Notes under the pieces: generated by a model
What the model was told of the DNA's origin: nothing
The model's database searches: none
What the model saw: the letters and a program-made list of their open reading frames with translations, nothing else
Part shown: positions 49,868-57,613 of the stretch, in pieces
Position numbering within the stretch: the first letter of the stretch is position 1
Layout of the letters: the number at the start of each line of letters is the position of its first letter
Assembly: GCA_965237905.1 (NCBI GenBank)
Contig: OZ250172.1
Coordinates: 1,184,001 to 1,248,000 of the forward strand
Reading direction: 5' to 3'
Origin: Nitrospinaceae bacterium
Lineage (GTDB): Bacteria; Nitrospinota; Nitrospinia; Nitrospinales; Nitrospinaceae
DNA length: 64,000 nucleotides
Translations under genes and position numbers: made by a program

Positions 49868-50770
49868 TCATAGCCAACGGGAACGCCATCTTGCAAACAT
49901 TAAATCCAGGGTCTCCTCCGGTTCCTCCAGCGGCCCCTCAAACGGCGAAGTCAGCCGGAGATAGTCCCGGACAAACCGGGAGCTGGGGAGTTTCCATTTG
50001 CGGGCGAACTGTTTCCGGCCGTCGTTGCGTTTGACAATTCTCCCCGTGCTTTTGGCCTGGAAATGAAAAATGCGGCTTTGGGCAATCCCTTTGAAGTGGC
50101 GGACCCCGGCCTGCCACAGCTTCATGGAAAAATCGGGATCGGAATACAAACCGGGGGTAAATTCCACGCTGTAGCCCCCCACCAGATCCCAAATCTTTTT
50201 ATGCACCAGAACACCCGCCCCACCGGCACCATTCCAATCCGGCCGGGACAGCAATTGCGGGCTGCGTTCCAGAAACGCACTTTCCTGAAAATTATCCGGA
50301 CTGTCACCGAATTCAGCACAGACAGTGACATTGGGATTGGTTCCTCCTCTGGGCTCGATCAATGCGGAGCCCAGTAAAAAATAAATATGATTCAGCCGTT
50401 CGATCTCCTCCCACAAATACAAATCCCAATCCGGGCCGACATACATATCGTCATTGATGTAAACCAGGTATTCGGTTCGCGCCAGAGACGCGGCGGCGTT
50501 CATGGCAAAACAGATGCCCACATTTTCTTTCGAACAGGAATAATCCAGCCGCTCCCGCTCCGCCCATTCACGGGTTCCGTCCGCGCCCTCGTTGACGTGA
50601 AGAATCACTTGATGGGGAAACCGCGAGTTCTTTTGGATACTACGCAGACAGAATTGGAGATACTTCAGATTGTTCCAAGTGGGAATGAGAATGGAAAACC
50701 GCGCATCGGGGGCGGAATCAAAAGTTTTATATTCTATGGTTTGCATGGCAGGCACACGCTGATGAATCAC
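49868..50770 (-). CDS. Glycosyltransferase family 2 (paralog of 47387-48262)
   Basis: FSILIPTWNN, NDDM, VGGYSVEF.PG.YSDPDFS. Start may be about 24 bp downstream (MQTIEY). Confidence 0.88.
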   Translation of the reverse strand: MIHQRVPAMQTIEYKTFDSAPDARFSILIPTWNNLKYLQFCLRSIQKNSRFPHQVILHVNEGADGTREWAERERLDYSCSKENVGICFAMNAAASLARTEYLVYINDDMYVGPDWDLYLWEEIERLNHIYFLLGSALIEPRGGTNPNVTVCAEFGDSPDNFQESAFLERSPQLLSRPDWNGAGGAGVLVHKKIWDLVGGYSVEFTPGLYSDPDFSMKLWQAGVRHFKGIAQSRIFHFQAKSTGRIVKRNDGRKQFARKWKLPSSRFVRDYLRLTSPFEGPLEEPEETLDLMFARWRSRWL

Positions 50771-50812
50771 ACCCGCATCCCAGCGGATTCGAAAATAAAA
50801 GTGGGGGCAATT

Positions 50813-51091
50813 TCAGGATTCGAGGTACCGGTTCAAGCGGGAACGCTGTTCCTCGGTGGCATCCGGCTGGAACAGAAAACCAAACGTCTCCAAACGCCAG
50901 ACCAACATATCCAGCCCCTTTAACACGCTAAACCAGTAAAACAGGGCTGAAACGGGATTTTTACGATTGATGTCGTTGCGGCAGAATATGACATCAAACA
51001 CCTGTTTGCGGGACCGGCGAAACAACGACGCGTTGCCGCGTTCCCTGACAATCCGGATCAAACGAAACAAATTAATAATAGGTCGAATCAA
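50813..51091 (-). CDS. Small hypothetical protein
   Basis: 92-aa ORF filling the gap, co-oriented with the glycosyltransferase genes. Confidence 0.5.
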   Translation of the reverse strand: MIRPIINLFRLIRIVRERGNASLFRRSRKQVFDVIFCRNDINRKNPVSALFYWFSVLKGLDMLVWRLETFGFLFQPDATEEQRSRLNRYLES

Positions 51092-51240
51092 TTCCGAGTC
51101 CTTTCAATGCTCCGGCAGGATTCGCCAACCCCGCCTGACAAAACTTTACGAATGGCTCCCTTATATTATATGATGAACCCCATTTGGTAAAGAGAACAAT
51201 CCGTTGCCCGATTACCACCCAATCTCAAGGAATAACCGTC

Positions 51241-53100
51241 ATGAATCTAAACGCGTGGGACGAACGCGCCCGCAACACCATTCAAATGGGGTCCGACCGG
51301 GTGCAATGGCACATGGGCTTTATGAAAGAGATGGTTCGCATCGACAGCCGCAGTTTCAATGTGAATGAATTTGAAGGCGACCGGACCACGCCGACGGACA
51401 TGAAGGAAATCCTGAAACTGGCCCAAGAGTATCTGCAAAGTATCGGGTTCCCCATGATCCACATCAACGCCCCGCCTCCCGGCCCTGAGCGATCCACTCC
51501 TATTTTGATGGCGGAGATTGTTGCGGGAAACAACAAACCGACCCTGCTGATGTACGCTCATCTTGACAAGCAACCTTACATGGATGACGCACGTTTCAAA
51601 AAATGGGACGGGCACCCACCGACCGAACTTCGGTGGAACGCAGATGGTACCCGTGCTTACGGCAGGGGAGCGGCAGACGATTTGAGCGGCGTGGTAGCCA
51701 TCGGCATGGCGGTCGATGCGTTGTTGCGATCGATCGAATTTGATGCGAAAAACCCGGAACCCGGTCTTCTTGAACAACTGCCCTGCAACATCAAGGTCAT
51801 CTTCGAAACCGAAGAAGAGTCCGGGTCGCACACGCTGATCCCGCAGATTTTACAAAACAAGAAATTCTTTGAAACTTCAGATTGCGTCATCATCACCGAC
51901 GTCACCAACCCGGACACGGGTATCCCCGGACTGACCACCTCGCTGAGAGGCGTCATTCAAATGAACGCTCATATGAAAACCACCGAGGCACACCCGGCTA
52001 TCGATGAGCAAACCGCTCTGTACAAAGTGCTGGCAACCTTGATCCACGACGATCATTCCCTCGCCGTGACGGACATCTCTAAAGGAGATGCCCCCATCAC
52101 CGAAGAAGAGCACCAGGGTTATGAAAAAATTCCAACGACTCTCGCGGCCTTGCGCGCACAAGCTGGCTTACTGAACGAAACTCAACTGACTGTTCCCTCC
52201 AGCAAAGTGGACATTATTGAAGCGGAATTGCGGACCTCCTACGCCAATGTACGGCCGGGGCATCGCGTAGCAGGTGGCGTGGTGTTTGGCATCGCCGGGG
52301 CTCGTTTTCATTTTCACACCGAAGGGCTGACCCATCGAGAGGGTTTTATCCGATGGCTGGAAGAAACGTTCAAGACTTACAACCGCTTCGGATTAAAAAT
52401 CCGGCTCAGAGAGCTGGAAGCGTCTGATAACCTGACCTTGGAACTCATTCTGCAATCGGCGGACAAGGATCCGCACTCGGGCATGTTCGGTGGCCCGTTT
52501 CCCGTTCCCGAACTGCAACTGGCGCACATGGTGGATCGTCTGATCGGGTGGGATGGCAAGCTGGCTACTGTCGGATGGCAGGAATTTTTCGAATCCGGCG
52601 GAGGGATCCGGAAAATCTCCCTCCGTGCTTTGCATGTAGAACACGACGGGTCGGCTCGAACCTTCGATGACCTATCCGCCCGGGCACTGGTCGAAATCCG
52701 CCTGGCGCCGGGTCATCGGGAAACTACTGCAAATGATCATTTGAAACATCATTTAATCAAAAATGTTCCCGCCGGATTTTCCCTGAAACTGGAGGAAGAC
52801 AAAGGCGGGCCGCCCTGGATGACCGGCATCGACCATCCGGCCTTTTCATTAATGCTGGAATCGCTGAAAACCGGTTACGGCCATGAACCTTGCCTGTACG
52901 GGTGCGGGGGCTCCATCCCGTTCGTCGCCAAACTGATGGACTCCCTGGGGAACATCCCTCCGCTCTGCCTGGGGGCCTACGACCCCGATTGCCGTATGCA
53001 CGAGCCAGGGGAAAGCCTTTCCATGGTCGATCTGCTGGGATGCGCCCGCTCCATCGTTCATTTCATGCTTTCCTCTCCCCGGGCTTTTTCGCAGAGGTAG
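51241..53100 (+). CDS. M20/M25/M40 family metallo-hydrolase (dipeptidase-like, elongated)
   Basis: YAHLDKQP, YGRGAADD, EEESGS, GGSIP, H.P.ES. Confidence 0.88.
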   Translation: MNLNAWDERARNTIQMGSDRVQWHMGFMKEMVRIDSRSFNVNEFEGDRTTPTDMKEILKLAQEYLQSIGFPMIHINAPPPGPERSTPILMAEIVAGNNKPTLLMYAHLDKQPYMDDARFKKWDGHPPTELRWNADGTRAYGRGAADDLSGVVAIGMAVDALLRSIEFDAKNPEPGLLEQLPCNIKVIFETEEESGSHTLIPQILQNKKFFETSDCVIITDVTNPDTGIPGLTTSLRGVIQMNAHMKTTEAHPAIDEQTALYKVLATLIHDDHSLAVTDISKGDAPITEEEHQGYEKIPTTLAALRAQAGLLNETQLTVPSSKVDIIEAELRTSYANVRPGHRVAGGVVFGIAGARFHFHTEGLTHREGFIRWLEETFKTYNRFGLKIRLRELEASDNLTLELILQSADKDPHSGMFGGPFPVPELQLAHMVDRLIGWDGKLATVGWQEFFESGGGIRKISLRALHVEHDGSARTFDDLSARALVEIRLAPGHRETTANDHLKHHLIKNVPAGFSLKLEEDKGGPPWMTGIDHPAFSLMLESLKTGYGHEPCLYGCGGSIPFVAKLMDSLGNIPPLCLGAYDPDCRMHEPGESLSMVDLLGCARSIVHFMLSSPRAFSQR

Positions 53101-53228
53101 ATTTACACCCCGCCTTAAAATAGTTTTTGGACTTTTTTTGGGGTTTCGCAATCGCTCAAATTCCTTTAGACTAATTACATAAAGAAAACGAGCCTATTAT
53201 AACTTCATAAAATTCAATACGGAAGCGG

Positions 53229-54194
53229 ATGACCACCGATACCAGCTACAGAAAAATCAATCTCGAGTTCTTAAACGATAGCGGGGATGACCCTTTCGAT
53301 GTTTTCTATAAAACCCGCAGTTATGGCACCGTCAAATATGTCCGTTTCGCCACCTCCAAACCCGAACACCACGAGAAAGTAGTACGCCTGCTGGAATCGG
53401 GTGACCCCTTGGAGGATTTTTATATTCATGAAGGCGATCTTTTCAAATACTACCGCCAGGCCACCATGACACTTCGCAAAATCGTGTCGAATCCCAAAGT
53501 ATCTTTCGAGCAAAAAGCTAGGAAAGTTTACGACGTATCCAAAAACATCATGAAAGAATTTTTCGAAAATAACGCTTCGGAAAAAGTGCTTCGCACCTCG
53601 GATGAAGTGATGGAAATTATGGAGGAGTGTTTTCAAGATTATGACGTTGGCTTTTACGGCATTTCCAAAATCACCAACAAGGATTATTACACGTATACCC
53701 ACAGTGTTAATGTCGGATTGTACTGCATGACCTATGGCGTCAAAATTCGAATGAATCATGACGAGGTCCGCACGCTGGGACTCGGGGGCATGCTCCATGA
53801 CGTGGGCAAATCCAAGGTCTCCAACACCATACTCAATAAAAAAGGTCTGCTGACACCCCAGGAATTTGAAGTTGTCAAAGACCACGCACCTCTGGGCGGA
53901 GAGATCCTTGACGAAATGCACTGCTATAGCAATTCGATAATCGACATGGCCACCCAGCATCATGAAAAATACAAGGGAGGAGGCTATCCCCGGGGCATTG
54001 TCGGGGATGAAATTTCCTTCTTCGCACGAATCTGCAAAGTCATGGATGTCTACGACGCCCTCACCACCCGGCGCTCCTACAAAAAAGCCATGAATCCTTT
54101 CGACACTCTGACCCTCATGAAAAAGCAGATGTCCAACGAATTCGATGCAAAAATTCTCGACAATTTTATCCAGTATATGGGCCCTGAGATATAA
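53229..54194 (+). CDS. HD-GYP domain cyclic dinucleotide phosphodiesterase
   Basis: YTHSVNV, LHDVGK, HHEK..GGGYP.G, DVYDALTT.R.YK. Confidence 0.92.
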   Translation: MTTDTSYRKINLEFLNDSGDDPFDVFYKTRSYGTVKYVRFATSKPEHHEKVVRLLESGDPLEDFYIHEGDLFKYYRQATMTLRKIVSNPKVSFEQKARKVYDVSKNIMKEFFENNASEKVLRTSDEVMEIMEECFQDYDVGFYGISKITNKDYYTYTHSVNVGLYCMTYGVKIRMNHDEVRTLGLGGMLHDVGKSKVSNTILNKKGLLTPQEFEVVKDHAPLGGEILDEMHCYSNSIIDMATQHHEKYKGGGYPRGIVGDEISFFARICKVMDVYDALTTRRSYKKAMNPFDTLTLMKKQMSNEFDAKILDNFIQYMGPEI

Positions 54195-54269
54195 ACTCAG
54201 GATATAATACCCCGTCCTCCCTCACTATCCAGGAATGATTCCATTGCCCCAGGAAACGCGGACAAGCGT

Positions 54270-56204
54270 ATGACCACTGCAGGAATACATGATTGCATCC
54301 CCGGCCCGGACGATGCCTTGTTGATCGTCGATGTGCAAAATGATTTTCTTCCCGGCGGCAGTCTGGCGGTCCCGCAGGGAGATGATGTGGTCCCGGCACT
54401 CAACCGCTATTCTGCCGCGTTTCGCACACGCCACCTGCCCATTTTCGCGAGCCGTGACTGGCATCCCTCCAACCATTGCTCATTTACCGAACAGGGAGGT
54501 CCGTGGCCTCCGCACTGTGTCGTGGAGACCAAGGGAGCACAATTCGCTTCCGGCCTGGATGTCAACGAGGCCGTCATCATCAGCAAAGCCACCGAACCGG
54601 AAAGCGATGCCTACTCTGCTTTTGAAAATACCGATCTCGATCAGCGTTTGAGGCAAGCCGGTGTCAAACGTCTATTTGTCGGGGGACTGGCGACGGATTA
54701 CTGTGTGCTTAACTCCGTGCGCGACGCGGTCCGCCTCAAATATTCGGTGATACTGTTGGAAGACGCCATCCGCGCAGTTAACGTACAGCCCGAAGACGGT
54801 TCCAAGGCAATGGAGGAAATGCTGGGGCTGGGTTGTCAGTCCGCCACCGTTGAGTCCGTGGTCCTCACTCCATCCAAAACTCCCGCCGTCCTGACCGACC
54901 TGTATCAGTTGGCCATGCTCAAGGCCTATCACGACCGGGGCATGAACCAAACGGCTGTCTTCGAGTTTTATATCCGCAACCTTCCCGCCCAACGCAACTT
55001 CTTAATGGCCGCCGGGTTGGAACAGGTTCTGGAGTATCTGGAAAACCTTCGGTTCACTCAACAGGAAAGGGATTGGTTGAAAAGCTCCGGCAGGTTCCCC
55101 GCGGACTTTGTGGATTCTCTTAAGGATTTCCGGTTCACAGGGGATGTCCACGCCTTACCGGAAGGCACAATCTTCTTCGCCAATGAACCGGTGTTGAGAA
55201 TCACCGCCCCCCTGCCGCAGGCGCAACTGGCGGAATCCCGTATCATCAATATTCTGCAAATGCAGATTATGGCGGCCTCGAAAGCGGCGCGCATGGTGTT
55301 AACCGCTCCCGGTAAAACGCTGTTGGATTTCGGACTGCGCCGGGCACATGGAGCGGAAGCGGGTTTGTTCGTCGCGCGCGCCAGTTATCTCGCAGGGTTT
55401 AACGGCTCGGCTACCGTCCCCGCCGAACCTTTTTACGGCATCCCGGTGTTCGGCACCATGGCGCATTCCTACATACAGACGCACTCGGATGAAGCTACCG
55501 CATTCAAGGATTTCGCTCACTCCTGGCCCGACACCGCGATTTTTCTACTGGATACCTATGACACCGTACAGGCCGCTCACAAAGTAGTGGCGTTGGCCCG
55601 CGATCTCAAAAAGGAAGGCATCTCGATTCACGGGGTGCGGCTGGACAGCGGCGATTTGGTTCAACTGGCGAAGCAAGTGAGAACCATTCTGGATGAAGGA
55701 GGACTCAGGGACACCAAAATTTTCGCCAGCGGCAATCTCGATGAATACGCTCTCGAACAATTGATTGCCAAGCAAGCGCCGATCGACGGTTTCGGCATCG
55801 GTACCCGCCTCGCGGTTTCCGAAGACGCGCCCACTCTCGAATGTGTTTACAAAATGCAGGAATATGACGGGCAACCGCGACGCAAACGCTCTCAGGGTAA
55901 AGCCACCTGGCCCGGCAAAAAACAGGTGTTCAGAACCTTCGACGCCCAGGGCAAAATGCAGGAAGATCATTTGGCGATGGAAGACGAATCACTCCCCGGC
56001 GAACCTCTGCTGAAACCCTGCATGCGGCAAGGCAAACGATTGAGTCCTCCAGCGCCCCTGGAGCAATGGCGCACGCATGCCGCCCGGCAACTGGACCAAT
56101 TGCCGGAAGCCTTTCGTTCCCTCGACTCCGTACCGCCTTACCCCGTTCACATCTCCCAAAAAATCCGCGACCTGGCCGACCGTCTGGACCAACAATCACT
56201 TTGA
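54270..56204 (+). CDS. Fused nicotinamidase (PncA) - nicotinate phosphoribosyltransferase (PncB)
   Basis: N-terminal DVQNDF..GGSL, DWH, WP.HCV, GLATDYCV; C-terminal TDLYQ, DFGLRR, GTMAHS, DTYD, RLDSGD; one continuous frame. Confidence 0.92.
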   Translation: MTTAGIHDCIPGPDDALLIVDVQNDFLPGGSLAVPQGDDVVPALNRYSAAFRTRHLPIFASRDWHPSNHCSFTEQGGPWPPHCVVETKGAQFASGLDVNEAVIISKATEPESDAYSAFENTDLDQRLRQAGVKRLFVGGLATDYCVLNSVRDAVRLKYSVILLEDAIRAVNVQPEDGSKAMEEMLGLGCQSATVESVVLTPSKTPAVLTDLYQLAMLKAYHDRGMNQTAVFEFYIRNLPAQRNFLMAAGLEQVLEYLENLRFTQQERDWLKSSGRFPADFVDSLKDFRFTGDVHALPEGTIFFANEPVLRITAPLPQAQLAESRIINILQMQIMAASKAARMVLTAPGKTLLDFGLRRAHGAEAGLFVARASYLAGFNGSATVPAEPFYGIPVFGTMAHSYIQTHSDEATAFKDFAHSWPDTAIFLLDTYDTVQAAHKVVALARDLKKEGISIHGVRLDSGDLVQLAKQVRTILDEGGLRDTKIFASGNLDEYALEQLIAKQAPIDGFGIGTRLAVSEDAPTLECVYKMQEYDGQPRRKRSQGKATWPGKKQVFRTFDAQGKMQEDHLAMEDESLPGEPLLKPCMRQGKRLSPPAPLEQWRTHAARQLDQLPEAFRSLDSVPPYPVHISQKIRDLADRLDQQSL

Positions 56205-56469
56205 TAAGTTCAGCATTCTACTGTTTTTAAATGGATTATAAGACCCTCAAGAAGTAGAAAGAACTACATGCAAGGCATAATACTGGATAAAATTCACAAA
56301 CTTTTCACTGTGGACATCCAATTTAATTGATTATCATCATAATTCCTATGTATCATAACGCCCAGAGAAAAGAATAAAGGAAACTGTTTAAAAAACTATA
56401 ATCCGGGTTTTTACCGTTAATTTTGGTTTTACTTTTCATAGTTTCCGCTAACTCACAAGGGGAATCAAA

Positions 56470-56841
56470 ATGGTTGGCTTCAATAGTCCTCTAGATAATC
56501 CAAAGGAAGAAAACGAATATCTAAAAAAGGTAATCGGACTTTTACAAAAGGAAAATAAATCTCTGCAAGAGGAAAACGAATCTCTAAAAAAAGAAATAAA
56601 AGATTCTAAAGTGATGGTTTTTGAAAATAATATGTACTGGAAATTGAAAAAAGATGGAAGCAAAGAAGGACCATTCTGCCCAATTTGTTTTGATTCCGAC
56701 GAAAAACAGATTCGGCTGATCCGTACAGCCGAAAGCTTCTCTAGTGAAGCCGGATGGGATTGCAAACGGACAGGGTGTCTTTTTAACCAAATTGTTCAAA
56801 AAAAATTGGACTACAACATTCCAGACCTTAAGCGTATATAA
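56470..56841 (+). CDS. Small coiled-coil plus Cys4 (Zn-finger-like) hypothetical protein
   Basis: ENEYLK coiled coil, GPFCPICFD...CKRTGC; AGGGGAA ribosome-binding site. Confidence 0.75.
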   Translation: MVGFNSPLDNPKEENEYLKKVIGLLQKENKSLQEENESLKKEIKDSKVMVFENNMYWKLKKDGSKEGPFCPICFDSDEKQIRLIRTAESFSSEAGWDCKRTGCLFNQIVQKKLDYNIPDLKRI

Positions 56842-56918
56842 CAGTAGAATGTTCTATTGATTTATCGCACAAACAACGCACAAGACCTTTTCCGGATTTT
56901 ACCGCTAGGGGGAATTAA

Positions 56919-57314
56919 ATGTTTACCTACAGAGAATCAAAGGAATTTTTAAAGGATTTGTCGGGACTTCTAAAGAAAATACCTCTTGTAAATCAAATTT
57001 GTTTAAATCTTAGCCATACACAAGAACTCGAATCCATAAGAAAGGAAAATGAATATCTAAAAAATCAAATGAATAGTTCCAAATCGCTTTATTATGATCG
57101 TCATTTCTTCTGGAAAATCGGAAAAGACGGGATGAGGATAGGCCCATACTGTCCACGCTGCTGGGATACGGAACAAAAAGAGATTGAGTTGATTGTTAAT
57201 CCAGGAAACGAATTTGATGATCCCGGTTATCTTTGCCCTGTTAAAGAATGCCCTTTAAGTAAAGTAGGTGCAGCACACGGTCCAATATCTACGCCTCAAA
57301 TAAGAGAACAATAA
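56919..57314 (+). CDS. Small coiled-coil plus Cys4 hypothetical protein (paralog of 56470-56841)
   Basis: ENEYLK, GPYCPRCWD...CPVKEC; AGGGGGAA ribosome-binding site. Confidence 0.75.
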   Translation: MFTYRESKEFLKDLSGLLKKIPLVNQICLNLSHTQELESIRKENEYLKNQMNSSKSLYYDRHFFWKIGKDGMRIGPYCPRCWDTEQKEIELIVNPGNEFDDPGYLCPVKECPLSKVGAAHGPISTPQIREQ

Positions 57315-57390
57315 ATAGCATTTAAAACTCATTATAATAAAGGCGCTCATACCAACTGAGTTACTCCCTCTAAAGTCTCCGCCATAGGCT

Positions 57391-57404
57391 GTCAATTCCT
57401 TGAC
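57391..57404. promoter_or_regulatory. Putative enhancer-binding-protein site
   Basis: Palindrome GTCAA-TTCC-TTGAC about 155 bp upstream of a sigma54 motif. Confidence 0.45.
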
Positions 57405-57558
57405 TGAAGAGCACCCCGGTCCACCCAGGTGTCAAGTTTAGTGAACGGCGCACCCCTCAAAACCGAGTGTCCCTGCGGCCAGGCCATACCTGAAAGTCCA
57501 ATCAAACAAAGGATTTGCTATCTGCCCACCGCTCCCGCCTGCACCTCCTGCGCCGTAT

Positions 57559-57573
57559 TGGTATCAAATTTGC
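57559..57573 (+). promoter_or_regulatory. Sigma54 (-24/-12) promoter
   Basis: TGGTAT-N5-TTGC, 40 bp upstream of the ATG at 57614. Confidence 0.7.
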
Positions 57574-57613
57574 TATTCTATTAACAATTGAATTCATCCA
57601 CAGGAATTTCCTG

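Noticed and set aside
56205..57350. Prophage or toxin-antitoxin pair
   Set aside because: No phage structural or integrase genes and no att repeats; the two ORFs are paralogs rather than a toxin and an antitoxin.
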